NCBI GenBank assembly: GCA_034780895.1
Contig: JAUZTB010000033.1
Coordinates: 31,337,894-31,401,893, forward strand
Reading direction: 5' to 3'
DNA: 64,000 nt
Source: Rhynchobatus australiae
Taxonomy: Eukaryota
A program made the translations under genes and the position numbers. Positions 22,866-37,404 of the stretch are shown here, piece by piece. Each line of letters opens with the position of its first letter. Positions within the stretch are counted from its first letter, which is position 1. The notes under the pieces are model-generated. The model did no database searches. It had not been told where the DNA came from and worked only from the letters and a program-made list of their open reading frames with translations.

Positions 22866-25800
22866 GATATCTTATTTTTCCAACTCTGTGGCCCGATTTT
22901 ATTTTTTCAGTATAAATAGGATAAGACACTCGTTTCCAGATGTCTGTTCGGCCTGTAGCAGAGTATCAAGGTTAAGAACAACAATGGCAAACTGCCTGAT
23001 TTAGTAGCCGTGTTAACAGCAAACAACATAGCTAACTTCCCACAGCCCTTTACCAGCAACTAGGTCCACTTTAAACAAACTGAGATAGCTACATCTCAGA
23101 AGTAAATCATGTATTGATTAATATAGATTTAAAACAATAAAAGTTCAAAGACAGACCAGATTCATTTAAAAAATCTTTTTCCTGAAAAGATGATTGTGTG
23201 CAAGCATGTGGTATGGGAAACTTTGTCCAATACTCCTACTATATTCCCTCATACTTTAAGGTCAAACACTGAAAGTTAGCAGGAAGATACAGTAAGTAAC
23301 TGAAAAACCAAATGGAACATTAATTGTCATACAAAGTGGTACCAACTATCATTTTCCATTGCCAACCTACTCAATTATTTGCCTCTTTGAAGAAATGAGG
23401 TGTGCGAGGATACAATACAGCACTATTAGTGACTTTGGCTGAGTCAGACAGCAATAATCAGGGAGAGGGGCAAACCTTGGATGGGCAAATTATCTGCAAT
23501 AGAAAGAACTGTGTGAAATAGGTTTGATGATGCTGAAACTGCAATAGTAAAACTAGTAGGCTGCATTGTGCTTTGTTGTGGGCCTGCACACTGCTGTTAA
23601 TGTGTTTGCCCTCTGCATTGTGAAGTATGGCTCCTGGCTTGTCTTATCCCCTGCTCTGCCACAATGCTTTATGTACAAAAGGGGTATATCACTGACCTTC
23701 ATTAATTGAGTGAAGTGTTTTAGTTAAACTGTACAGTGAAATAAAGATAAATTAACCAAGTTTTCTATTTTGGATAACTAATTTAATCATCAGAGAATTA
23801 AGACAGTGAAAGGAGTCCTGGACAGCACTGATCGCTCAAAGTTCAGAGTAATACTAGGGGCAGGGGCTTTAGGTTCCACCACCCGAGACATAATCATACT
23901 CCTCAAAAGGAGTGTAGAGTGGAGGCCATCAGCGAGGCTCAATCATTGGGTGGCACAGTAGGCAAGTAGAGCTATAGGATTAGAAAGGGCAGAATGCAGA
24001 CAGCAGATTGGATCAAGCACAGTTCAGCCCAAGGACAGCTGCTGTAAACTATTCTAGTGAGATACTGAGCTCTGCAGAATGTGCCAATACTGTTATTGCA
24101 AACTCACAGGTAACTTTCTTATATCTAGCATACAATTGCATTGTCATGTGCAAGCAATTCATTTGCATTAAAAAAAATGTAGTTGTATTCCTTTGAAAAG
24201 TATATCCCCTTCCTCTCCCTCTTCCCACCCCCCCTCGCCCCCCACCCACCCAAACAGGTTTCCTCAAGATCTTCTTTGAGGCAGTCAGGTCCCTGATTTT
24301 TTTAGTGGGCTCTCAACTTACCCGTGTAACGTCCAAACTTAACTCACTGTTGACTTACAAGTCCTCCTCACTTCTGGAATAACTTTGTCATTGCATCTTT
24401 CTCCATTACCTACTGTTATATCTTTTGCTGCAATTGTTTGGTTGATACAAACACTTTCTCCATTTTGTAACAAATAAATCCTCAGATCACAGACTTGTAC
24501 TCTGTCGGCAATATTCCACCTGTATTACTAGTAAACTGGTCTCTTCCAAAGTCCTTCCAGAAAGGCACTCCACTCTCTCCTCCATACCAGACTATATTAA
24601 CCTCAAGTACATTGGAAATCTAATCATTAACAGCTCTGCTGGCATGAATCCTAAAGTGAAACATGATGTGTCTGACACAAACAGAATGCAAGCTAAATAA
24701 ATAATTCACAATTATATTTGAAGCTTGGAAATTTGCTTTTCATTGCTTCTTTGAAGATAACGTACAGAATATTTGGCTGGAAATGAAGTATACTTGAAAC
24801 CACTGAATCTCATGAGGCATTCAAATATTGGATAGTTTATTGTCGAACACCACTCCCACAAGTATGCCATGAGATCATACAATGTTGATCTTCATTCTTG
24901 AGCAGCTGGTGGAAACATCACCACCAAATCTGCAAAGAATTGTGACTAATATATAAATCATGCCAAAATTACAATGGCTAAGCAGTCACATTTTCTGATC
25001 TTTGCTTTTACAATGGCTTTGACNNNNNNNNNNNNNNNNNNNNNNNNNNNNNNNNNNNNNNNNNNNNNNNNNNNNNNNNNNNNNNNNNNNNNNNNNNNNN
25101 NNNNNNNNNNNNNNNNNNNNNNNGGCTTTGACAGGCTGTAGACTTCTGGCTTGCAATTTCATTACTAAATAGGCAACTTCTGTTTGAACAAAGGGACATT
25201 CATTTTGATTCACAATCAGGTGATGCAGTCATTTAAGAAACACTTCAAAAAAAGTGAAGATCATTTTCTCCATTAGTAGTGGTAACAAGTGTTGTCTTGG
25301 TTGGATAGGCAATAGCTTTGCCTTGCAGGATCATAACCATTGTGAAATTGAAGATTTGATTTGGTGTGGCAGTTTTGGACAGAGAGAGTACTGACCTTGT
25401 GCATTCTTACAGCAAGACAATATTGGGCATATTTATGCAACAAGCCCAGTTCTGAGAACCTGGTTGCAGCCAATCTTGCATAAAATACTTAAACTATTGA
25501 GAATTAATGTTCATCAATTGCCAAGTTCTGGATCACTTTAGAGTCGCCAAATAATCTACTGTCTTATCTACTGTCAAATGTGATACCACCACATATGGGG
25601 TTGCCAAACTTAGTTTCCTCCCCCAACCTTACCTTACCTCCATTCGTCTCCAGCTTGTTCAATACTACTTCCACTCGACAAGTAAACACAGCTACATTAT
25701 AGTACATTAGCTTGCCATGGATGTTTGTCTTGCATGCAGTAATGCCAGTATACTAAATTTTGAAGATACCTCCATACTTCAACAACATTACCAAATGCAA

Positions 25801-27599
25801 TTTGAGTATGCACTTGGACACTAAACACCCCAGTCCAATTGATTATTAGCTCCCTTAGTCAATGCTTGTCTAATAACTATCAGTCCACTATAGGTAGCTT
25901 TAAGGCACCGTGGAATTCTTTTGCCCAAAGATCTTCAAAAGTTGCTGGGTCTCGTGACCAACTGTTCTCTGGACTTGCTGTAGCTGCCTCCACCCACAAT
26001 GGTGCTATAATGTTAATCAATGTTTCTACTGCTTACTTCCCATCCTTTGTTTCAGGTTAAATGCAGATCTCTTCCTGCTCAACAACCTGGACCAAATCGA
26101 TTCAATTAGGCCACACAAAATCTTAGTTGAAGAATTCACCAAAGTTGTAATGCCTTCAATCCTTTAATGTGACAAAATAGTTGCTGATTGTCTCTTTTGG
26201 TCATTGGTTCCTTGTGCTCTCTGCTATTTCAGATGACTGTAGATTGAAATAATCCTCCAATTTCAGCACCCTTTCTGCAAAGGTAAGATTTTTGGCTTTC
26301 CACAGGGCTAAGAGATTAGCAAGCATGATAGGTCTCAGAGCCAGGGTCCATCTCAGTTAGTAAAATAGCCTTCTTACATTCCCTTAAGGGAATCATGCTT
26401 ACATTCCCTTACATCATGCTTCTGCCCTTCCCACCAGTCTTGATTTTCCAAATATGTATACCGAGAGAATTGCATGCTTGATTGTACACTCCTTGTACAC
26501 AGTTCTCACCTAAACAAGGCAATGTTGTATTCAAGACTTCTCTGCACTGCATTGGTTATCAGTGTTCAATTTTCTCACAGTAGAACAGACTGCAGCTGCC
26601 CAAAACACGTTTACTGACTCATGGTGCCATTCCAGCTGCTTTCTTTAAATGCATCAGCGAGTTCTGCTCGCTGTTAAGTTGGGAACATTGAGGTCCAGCT
26701 GTGCAGCATTGTTTGCAGTTCTCCACAACATTCAGCAGTTGGTTATGAGAAGTTGTGCTGATTCACAAGTTGATATAATGAGAACTGCTATAAATAACTG
26801 AGACATGAAGATCTTCAGAACACACACTAACTCCTTTATTGCAAATTAACAACTAATGCATGCTCATGTCACACATACAATTGTCACATACATATTTAAA
26901 TATATGCATATGTATATAACAAACTGCCCATGACAGTATTGGTAGAAGTGAAGATTACAGCTGGACATTCTACATTGTGTTGTGTGGCACTGCACTATGC
27001 TCATTGGGATAGATTCAGAACAGAACAGGCAGATCATAGACACAGATTTGTTGTTGTGGGACACAAAGTTATATTCCCCTCACTACATGTAATCTTCGGA
27101 ATGGAATCTCTCTCACTCTACCATCTCATGTGTTCTCACAGAAGGATAACAAAATACTGTTTCTTACAGAAGATATTACAGCTCTTTTTAAAAAGAGATA
27201 CAATAACCCCAAAAGTGGAAAAACAGACATTAAACTTAGCATATACATATGATCTGTTTGCATTAACATTTGATTGACAGTCTGTTTTCAACTTAAACTT
27301 CCTTGCCTTAGTTATAANNNNNNNNNNNNNNNNNNNNNNNNNNNNATTGGATGCTCCATCTGAAAGCAAAAACACATAAATGTTAACAATGCTATATTAA
27401 CAATATCAATATTCAAATGTTACTCTGCAACTTATTACAACAAATTTAACTGGATCAGTAAGATGGCTGGTATGACCTTCACCTTTATCCCTTGATCAAA
27501 AGGGAAATTCTTGTTCAGAAAAAATGGTGGGGGTGGGGGTGGGGGTGGGGGTGGTCCAGAGGGTAGAAAACAGCAACAGCAGTTTAGAATAGATAGACC

Positions 27600-28560
27600 A
27601 AACTTCTTCCTCTAATGCAAACCATCTTAAACACATCCCCACCTCTTCTGCTCCACCAAATCACTTCAAAATCTTTTGAGACAAACTTTAAAACCAGCAG
27701 ATCACACATCTTTGCAACTCCTCTGGTCCCCTTGTGCACATGGTCAAATTTTAAGGTTCTCTCAAAGCCAAGCACCAAATTTGCACATTTCTATTATTTT
27801 CCTGCCAATTTCATTATGCTCTCCAAGGCAAGCTTAGTCCGCAAGTCCCACCTCCTAATCTTGACCCCATTCTGCTTAAACCAACCATCTAACTTCCTGT
27901 CCTACCATCACTGTTACCTGTTATGATGCTGGTACAATTAAATCTTCTTTCAGCTCAGGTACCCTTACAACTTCAACTCTGCCATTAGCCCAGTCATCAA
28001 AAATCATCCATCCTTTCATTCCACTTTCATTGGTCCCTGCAGCAGNNNNNNNNNNNNNNNNNNNNNNNNNNNNNNNNNNNNNNNNNNNNNNNNNNNNNNN
28101 NNNNNNNNNNNNNNNNNNNNNNNNNNNNNNNNNNNNNNNNNNNNNCCTGCAGCAGTGCAAATTCCTCTACTCGTTTCCACCCATAACAATACCACAATCA
28201 TGCCTTTTCTCTGACTACACTTGAAATGGTCAATTTCTCGAGCCACCTTCAATGGTCATCCAGGTAGCTGGTTCCATAATCACTCACCCAAGTGTGTAGT
28301 CAAACAATTATCCAAAAATGGTTTCTCTTCCCATTCCTGTACTTATCTCTGGGTTTCCGCTCTCCCACTAGGGGCACTTGGTTCCTTGATCCATCGCATT
28401 TTTCTTCAGCAAAAACAATCCATAAGACCTGGTGTCAGTATTTATGTTAACTCAGTGCTCCACTTAACCACCATAATGGAGCTGCCAGACTGCTCATCCA
28501 ACATCCAAATGCTAAATGAAAAGAGAGCATGGTTCTCAGCAAATCCCTGCTTAAAAAATG
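27600..28560 (+). mobile_element. Highly decayed L2-like LINE ORF2 fragments
   Basis: C-rich decayed coding-like sequence with gtcagtatttatgttaactcagtgctc...gactgctcatccaacatcc resembling the L2 RT YADD/DCLSDI region. Confidence 0.4.
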
Positions 28561-30019
28561 TGAAAAACAAGCATTTGCCTTGACTATTTGGTTATAGAAG
28601 GGTTACAGATTTTAAAAAATAATCTCTTTTCATTTGAAGCCTATTAGGAGACTACTCTCTTCTCTCCATCCCATAACTCATATCGTGTAAATTCAGACCG
28701 AAACCAGATTCAGTTGATTGATAATTACTGGAACCCACCCTACAAATCCTCTTCCAATCATTTAACAAGTCCTGGCCTACTGTTATATTTGCACTGCATA
28801 AACTAGGTTTGCATTTAGTATACTCTAGCAACCAAATGCTTTTTATTCCCACCAAATGACATTGCTTCTATACTCCATGCAAAATAATTTCCAAATACAC
28901 AGCCTTACTAACAGCTGACGTGTACATTTTTTTTTTAAAAAAGTACAAGTTTAAACAGCAACAGGAAATTTTTTTGTACCATAAAGGGCTGCGATTACAA
29001 AGAAAACAAAATGCTTTGGAGAGAGATGAAAGAAAACTGAAATTTGTGAAGAAAATAAATGGGCAAGTGCCCAAAGAATAAATGAACCTTCAATGTTATA
29101 GTGTGCTTTCTTCAGAACATTAAGATAACACCATTTCCTCGACTGACATTTAAACATCAAGTTCCCATCTCGAACTGATGGAAATTCATAGCTAGATCAA
29201 TTTCAAGGAAATCAAATAAATCCCAAGTGATACAATATTTTACTTCCAAGTACTTCTTAGCAGGTTTTATTATGAACAAAGTAACCCACTGTAAATTAAA
29301 ATTGAGTAAATGGAATGTCATTGCAAGTACAGGTGACATTTGTCATGCAAGATGNNNNNNNNNNNNNNNNNNNNNNNNNNNNNNNNNNNNNNNNNNNNNN
29401 NNNNNNNNNNNNNNNNNNNNNNNNNNNNNNNNNNNNNNNNNNNNNNNNNNNNNNCCCAGTCTGCAGCGGTACAAAATGGGCCATGCAAGCTGCTCAGCCC
29501 CAGTGCTTTCTTGATATGTAGTCATGGATGTAATTCAAGAACTCTCAGAATAGATGGATATAAATATGCACACCGGACTCTTTCCATCCCCACCCTCCAG
29601 TAAAAGCAGCTGAATAATAACATCTGGAAAATAAGAATGTGCATAGGCTGATAACACATAAATGGAGTACGATTCGAGACTAGAAAAATTGCAAAGCTGC
29701 AAGCAGTCTATACTTACTATACCTAAAATCCTAAAATAAATCCAATCCTTTATGTTTTACTGAATAACAGTTAATTAGCAAGTACAATTGGCTAATAACC
29801 ATTTCAGCAAAATCCTGTACCACCGCAGATTTGTTGGGTTTCACTGTGTTGCAATATTTCGGTCTTATGGTTGCACATACATAAAGGCTTGAACTGAACA
29901 CAAATCAAATCAAGTTGCCATCTCAAATTAATGCTAACCCCATTTTGCAATACCAGATGAAGGATTTAATATAATGGAGTGGAACAAATAAAAAGATACA
30001 TTTTTACTCCAAGGCAGTC

Positions 30020-30685
30020 ACCCTCGACATGACACCAAGACCAAGGAATTGATTGTGGACTTCAGGAAGGGGAAGTCGGGAGAACACACACCAGTCCTTA
30101 TTGAGGGGGTTAGTGGTGGAAAGGGTGAGCAGCTTCAAGTTCTTGGGCATCAACATCTCAGAGGATCTATCCTGGGCCCAACACATTGATACAATCATTA
30201 AGGAAGCACACCAATGCCTCTACTTCATTGGGAGTTTGAGAAGATAATGGTACGTCACCAAAGACTTGCAAATTTCTGCAGTTGTGCAGTGAAGAGCATT
30301 CTCACTGGTTGCATCACAGCCTGGTATGGAGGTTCTAATGTTCCAACATGGGCACAACCCTTCCCACCATCGAGGACACCTTCAAGAGACGGTGCCTCAA
30401 GGCAGCCGCAAACATTAGTACAGACCTTCACCATCCCGGACCTGCCCTGTTCTTGTTACTACCAGAGAAGTGGTATAGGAGCCTGAAAACCCATACTGAA
30501 CGATTCAGGAACAGCTTCTTCCCTTCCACATTAGATTTCTGAATGGTCACGAATCCATGAACACTCATTATTCTTCTTTTAGCACTATTGTGTAATTTCT
30601 AGTAATCTTTATGTTGTCACACTGTACTGCTGCAAAACAACAAATTTCAGGTCATCCAAGTCAGTGATAACAAGTCTGATTCTGA
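30020..30685 (+). mobile_element. Rex1/Babar LINE 3' fragment
   Basis: VERVSSFKFLGINISEDLSWAQHID, SILTGCITAWYG, RFRNSFFP; tail tctgattctga. Homologous to 58770-59433. Confidence 0.85.
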
Positions 30686-33600
30686 AGTGAATTAGCTTTT
30701 GTTTTCTTGCTCTGCCATTCCCATCAACATATTCCATCAATTGCCTCCATTTTTCACTCATGTTCTTGAAGATTTTTGCCCAAGTGATGCAAATTATTTG
30801 CTCTTTAAATAGTGCCCAAAAATCAGATTGTCAGGTTAATAATGTATACTTTATTGAAAGCTAATACCCATCGAGTTAAAAAGCTTTGAAATTCACAACC
30901 AAGTCTACTTTAGCTTTAAAACAATTAAACTAAGATGATTAAGCATTACAAAGCATAAATGAAAACTATTTGCTGACAAGGAAAACTGAAGTTCTTGCAG
31001 AACATTTATTTCTTTTGAAAACCATAGGGGTTCCTCATTTGTTCAGCATGGTCGAGAATTAAACAGGCAATTGTTTTATCTCACAAGTTCACAAACTCTC
31101 AGTTCCTGAGGACGTGCTATGCTAATAATAGTTCCTGCAAACCCAAAAGCACAGCAAAAACAAAAAAAGCATTTAACCTGCTCAATTATGTCTGCTTTTT
31201 TAAAAAAAATCAGAGGCATGCAAGTATCATGAAAAAAATGTAATCATTGCTTAAGATATGAGGACCGAACACTTTTCATTGTTTCCTTCAACAGTTATTG
31301 GGGGCGAGGGAAAGAGAGAAAAAGAGGGCAAGGAAACTCCAGTTTCATCTGCTTTCCACCCCCCAAGACCCACAGGAACAACTGATATACACAAACTTCA
31401 GGTTCAACCAAGTATATATTCTAAGTCTAATTTCATGTAGAATTAAATCAAGTCAAACCCAGAATTAATTCCAAAACACATCATGTAAACACTTTACTAT
31501 TGATCAATTCAGGCTGCTCATTTTCATGAAACACCACACAGGCTCAAAAGATGGTCCAGATAAAGTGCAGTACAGCAATACAGGACCAAACAGGCATTTC
31601 ATAAATCAAAAAACAAAAACTGCAGATGGTGAAAATCTAATAAAAACTCGATATTCCAGGTGTCAGGGACATCTGTGGGGAAAGAAAGTTAATATTTCTG
31701 GTCAATGACTTCCACCATTTCCAATCAGCTTGGCTGCTTAAATATGTGGAAGTCAATGTATTGTGAAACACTAGATTATCTGTGTCCAACACTTGTGCAG
31801 GACAAGATGTATTTGTGTTTAAGTGAGCAGATTAAACCACTGAAGTTCTGCTAGTTTATAAGTGTCTGCATGACATTGACCTACTCAGGTGTTCATTAAT
31901 GCATGATACATTCAGATAAATAATTTTGAATTTTGGCTTGCCATTTTCTTCTGTCCTTTCCTGTGACATTCTGCTTCTCATTACATGATGCAGTTTCTTT
32001 GTGCTCTCACTTTCAAATATCCAAATTCCCTATTGAACATACACTGAAGAAATAATGGGGACCAGCAAAGGTTGAACAGTTATTGGAGGATATTTAATTT
32101 TCATATAAACTGGACAAATTAAAGTATCCAACAGGATAAGTTCATGGTTTGTATTAAAGATTTCCCCAGGAACAATACACTGTGGACCCAACTAGGGAAT
32201 CAGGTTACATTAGACCTCACCATGTGTAATAAGCCAAAAATGATGAGCAATTTCAACAGATTGATTAGGAAAAGTAAATCAGGTTTTATACTGAGAACAA
32301 ATTTAGGTTGCAAACTAGAAACTAAGACAGCTAATGGAGAGCTGGCTCAAGTAGGAATAATATGAAGTTGGAAGATGGGGGAAATTTTAGGAACCATGGA
32401 ATAGCTAAAAAAAAATTGATTTGGATAGATCAGGTGGACCACGGGAGTCAGCAAGGTACATACAAAACTAATTGCAAGAGATGTTCCAAGGATGTTAAAT
32501 AAACAAGCTAAAGTTTGTTCTTTAGAACCTGACAAAGTTATTAAATGGCAAATAGAAAAATGTTTAACAATCGGCTATTTTCTTTCTTCACTTCAGAAGC
32601 AAAAATGGTGGGTATCCAAGGAAATAATAGTGAGGAATTTAAAACTAGGAAAAAAAAAGTAGTGGGCAACTAAAAGGACCGAGGTCTGACCAATCCCACT
32701 GAGGCAGCATTTAATTGCCCATTTCTTACTGCCATTGAGAAAGTGGTGGTGAGCTGCCTTCTTGAACTACTGCAGTCCTTCAGGTGTGAGTATACCCAAA
32801 ATACCACAAGGAAGAGTTCCAGGATTTTGACCCAGCGACTGTGAAGGAACTGGGATATATTTCCAAGTCAGGATGGCATGTGGCTTGGAGAGCAACTTCC
32901 AGTTTAGAACAGCCAAGTTATCCAATGGCAGAGCAGGCTCAAAGGGGCCAAATGGCCTATCCCTACTTTTATTTCTAATGATTTGTATTGCAATCTCTGA
33001 AGAGGAATTACTAGCTCCTCAAACAAAACACATTCTACTCAAATCACCCGAGGCAGAGACAAGAACTTCCCCACTGAGTGGAAATATTCTGCCACAAAAT
33101 TTACATGGGATCTCATGTCTGTTGGCTCAGTGGGAGGGGAATTTCTCAATAAAATGACAGCAATGGAATGCCACATTCCAATGTTGTTAATACGAGTATC
33201 ACAACTAATTTGATGCAGGAAGCAATACGAGTGAGCACAAATTACACAAGGTTTGATAAGAGTTTAGATTCAAAGAGCATGTTAAAAAGTGAAAGACAAT
33301 TTAAAAGGCATGGGTAGGGGTCAGAAGCAGGACCAATATTCAAGAACAAGGGCAGATTAGAATCAGGATTGCACAACAGCCAAGAATTGGTAGAGCATAG
33401 AAATGCAGAAGCTGAAGAAAATGCTGGGAATTTGAGAAGTGTGGACAAATAGCATGCACATGAGAAATGCTAGGATACATCCTTGGGGAATGTCCAGAAT
33501 TAAATGAAAGATTGGAGTAATTCGTGTCAGATAAATAAAAGTAGAGTTCCTGCTGGCAACAACACACTTAAAAGATTTGGGCAGAACATGGAGGTTTTGT

Positions 33601-33699
33601 GATAGGAGAATGTATTCAAACTGAGGGAGGAAAAGGAAATGCAGTAACCTCTGAACAACATTTTCCCCCCCATTATTAATTTGCATATCTGAGGAATTC

Positions 33700-33890
33700 A
33701 GAGACATGAAAACACTTTGTTCACTCCTGATGAAATACTGCATTGCTGGTTATGGTGTCATCTTTTAGACGTCACGCAAAATCCCCAGATGCCCTCAATG
33801 ACTGCAAGGATCCCACAGCATGATTCAAGAGGTATTTTTCCACTAATCTGGCCAACATTTATTGCTCAATTAAAATCTCAAAAGTGACTA
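33700..33890 (+). mobile_element. Decayed Deu-domain SINE fragment
   Basis: tactgcattgctgg...gtgtcatcttttagacg...aggatcccacagca...ctggccaacatttattgctcaa. Confidence 0.55.
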
Positions 33891-33894
33891 TGAG

Positions 33895-34835
33895 CATAGA
33901 TTAGGATAGAATCTTCTTCCCAGGGTAGTGAAGTCGAGAATTAGATGGCACAGGTTTAAGGTGAGAGGGGGAGAAATTTAAAGGATATCTGAGTGCATTT
34001 TTCACACAGAGGATGGTGAATATTTGGAATGAGCTGCCAGAGGAGATAGTGGAGGCAGATACTATTACAAGGTTTAAAAAGGTATTTGGACAGGTGCTTG
34101 AATGGGAAAGTAGGAGGGATATGGGCATCGCGATCAGCCTGGACAAAGTAGGCCAGAATGGCTTGTTTCTGTGCTATGTGTTTGTAGGATTCTTTGATAT
34201 GACAGAATAACTTACAGAGTAGAGCAAGAGGAGAGGTGGAAAGGTCACGAGGCATTTATATACCATTAAAATCCAAGTCCTTCGGAGAATTTAAGCAGCA
34301 TTGATCATCAAGGACACAAGGAGCAAGCCAAAATAAGGGCAATTGCCAAAAAAAAAACCCGAAACTTATGGAGAGTACAAGATGGAAGTAAGACTGAGGC
34401 AACATTAGAATTGTCAGTGTGGAGATGACAAAATAATGAACGAAGGGGTGTGGGGGGGAGAAATTTCATTGAAATCTACTGAATACCAAAAGGACTAGAT
34501 AAAGTGGACATGAGGAGGATGTTTCCATTAGTAAGAGAGTCTACGGTCTGAGGGCACAGCCTCAGAGTAAAAAGAGACATCCCTTTAAAACTGAGATAAG
34601 GAGGAATTTCTGCAGCCAGACGGTCATGAATCTCTGAAATTCGTTGCCACAGAGGGCTGTGGGGGCCAAGTCATTGGGTGTACCCAAGGCAGTGATTGAT
34701 AGGTACTTCACTGGTAAGGAGATTAAGGGAAGAAGGCATGAGTGTGGGATTGGAAAAAAAAAATCAGCGACAATTGAATGGCGAAGCAGACTCGATTGGC
34801 TGAATGGCCCAATTCTGCTCCTATATTTCATGATG
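33895..34835 (+). mobile_element. Two CR1 3'-end fragments (~33895-34180 and ~34485-34835)
   Basis: VNIWNELPEEIVEA and aggaatttctgcagccagacggtcatgaatctctg...ggctgaatggcccaattctgctcctat tails. Confidence 0.8.
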
Positions 34836-35815
34836 GTTTCTGCAGCAGATTGACTGAAGCAGTGTTGGGGTGGGGGGGTCCACAGAGGCTTTGATTTTAC
34901 ATGAATGAAGCAAAAAAATGATGGAAAGCAAAAATCTACACAAAAGCCAAAAACAAAAAAATACTAGGAATGCATAGTGATTTGGGGAGCCTCTGTGAGG
35001 GATGCAAAGTTAACATTTTAGGCTGATCATTTTACTGAATAACAGAAAGGACATGGGATTGAAAACTCATTTGGGGGAAGGGACAAGGATACAGGATTTC
35101 TGGTGGGCCCAACAAAAGTTATATTTGGTTTTTAACATACTTATTTGGGTAAAATTGCAGATCAGAGACCAAATATTATAAAGCAGTCAAACCATACAGA
35201 GGCGGAGAGTGAAGCAGGTCAGGAAAGGAAGTACAAATGGGAGTTGCCAGTATAATTTTAGAAATTCCAGTTGCTCTGTACATTTACAGTAATTCTTGTA
35301 CAATTAAATTCCAGTTAAATACAAGAATAGCATTGTTCCCAAGGAGATACCTATACACATTGAGAACCATTTCCCTTCCTACTTTTTCCCTGTAGTTCGA
35401 ACCTAAAAATAAACTCAGATCTACAAGATACAAAAGTAGATGAAAACACATTCTGGCAGCCAATTCATAAAGCGTGGCCATCATCCTACTTCACACTGCC
35501 TTGTGCTTGCTGCATAAACATCCAAGAAGCAGAACTTGGAGTAAGACTTGCATTGTTTCCAAACAAGTTCAATGCTGTTTTCACTACATAAAATTTAGCA
35601 AAATCATTGATTCAGTTTAAATAATATTGCTCTGCTTTACATTTTAAAGTTACTAGCCATGATGCATTAATAATACCAAATAATAATTGGAGTTCTCTGC
35701 AAAAGTTCTCAAAAGATTGACCTTTTATTAGAGCCCTTCAGTTTCTACCTGCCACTTTGGTACAGTTGATGGGATTTTGGATGTAGTTGCAACTGCATTC
35801 ATGAAATTCATAGAG

Positions 35816-35877
35816 GTGGCACGGTAGTGTAGCAATTAGCGTGACGCTATTACAGCACCAGCGATCGGGGTTTGATT
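35816..35877 (+). mobile_element. 5' head of a tRNA-derived SINE running into a gap
   Basis: ggtggcacggtagtgtagcaattagcgtgacgctattacagcaccagcgatcggggtttgatt is the same family as 22594. Confidence 0.7.
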
Positions 35878-37404
35878 NNNNNNNNNNNNNNNNNNNNNNN
35901 NNNNNNNNNNNNNNNNNNNNNNNNNNNNNNNNNNNNNNNNNNNNNNNNNNNNNNNNNNNNNNNNNNNNNNNNNNNNNNNNNNNNNNNNNNNNNNNNNNNN
36001 NNNNNNNNNNNNNNNNNNNNNNNNNNNNNNNNNNNNNNNNNNNNNNNNNNNNNNNNNNNNNNNNNNNNNNNNNNNNNNNNNNNNNNNNNNNNNNNNNNNN
36101 NNNNNNNNNNNNNNNNNNNNNNNNNNNNNNNNNNNNNNNNNNNNNNNNNNNNNNNNNNNNNNNNNNNNNNNNNNNNNNNNNNNNNNNNNNNNNNNNNNNN
36201 NNNNNNNNNNNNNNNNNNNNNNNNNNNNNNNNNNNNNNNNNNNNNNNNNNNNNNNNNNNNNNNNNNNNNNNNNNNNNNNNNNNNNNNNNNNNNNNNNNNN
36301 NNNNNNNNNNNNNNNNNNNNNNNNNNNNNNNNNNNNNNNNNNNNNNNNNNNNNNNNNNNNNNNNNNNNNNNNNNNNNNNNNNNNNNNNNNNNNNNNNNNN
36401 NNNNNNNNNNNNNNNNNNNNNNNNNNNNNNNNNNNNNNNNNNNNNNNNNNNNNNNNNNNNNNNNNNNNNNNNNNNNNNNNNNNNNNNNNNNNNNNNNNNN
36501 NNNNNNNNNNNNNNNNNNNNNNNNNNNNNNNNNNNNNNNNNNNNNNNNGGGTGGGGTTACCGGAAGTTTGAGAGATCGATGTTAAGGCCATCTTGGTCAT
36601 GGTCTTTTTTGATGATGATTTTCAGCTTCATTCCAATTATTTGCCTTTTTAAAACTACAATTCAGCTGTTCCAAGTATGATGGGTTAGCACAGATGATTA
36701 ATGTTACAATACTCCTACTCAAGTTCTGAGTAGGCAAGGCACAGTTCACAATTCTGCAGGTACTGACACGTACAATAGTAATCACTATCCCTCAGGGCTG
36801 CTAATTCAGCATGAGGAACTGGAAATGTGCTGGCACTGAGCTACTTGATAAGATGCAAGGCTAAATAAGAAACTGTAATGTCACTGCCAAAAGACTGAAA
36901 AGACATTTATTCTCGTATGCTGAAGTCTAAGAAAGCATTCACTGTGGGAACTTTACAGCAGTAGGCTGCAAATAATTCTACAATCTAAAGCAGGTTTTCA
37001 TACTTTGGTGCATCCAGGCAACAAGAATATCAACAAGAGACATCTGCAAACTACAATATCACCATGGTAGCATCAGTCCACCTCCTTGAGCACGTCAAGC
37101 TTTGATGCACGCTTTATCTTTGAACAGTGGTACGAGAAAGGTTCTTTATAGTTTGCAGGATAACAAGCGTCAGATAAATAAACTAAACAATGTGCAGTTT
37201 TCAGAAAGAAACAAAACAGAAACTGTTGAAACAGGGGGTCTGTGTGATGGGAGCTATTGATCCCAATAGGGGTGAAGCAATTCAATAGCATGTATGGTAA
37301 AAATGTCAGCATTTAAGGCCATTTCTCATCAACAATGACAGCTTTGCCTCAAATGAGATCACTTTGTAGATTGTTATTTACTCAGACTAAATTATTGAAT
37401 GCAG

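Noticed and set aside
27527-27553. (GGGGT)n tract and other G-runs (19260-19310, 24205-24250)
   Set aside because: Short simple repeats common in vertebrate introns, with no evidence of function.
35836-36680. Long ORFs of 237-279 aa (also 51769-52184)
   Set aside because: They consist of N-gap translation.
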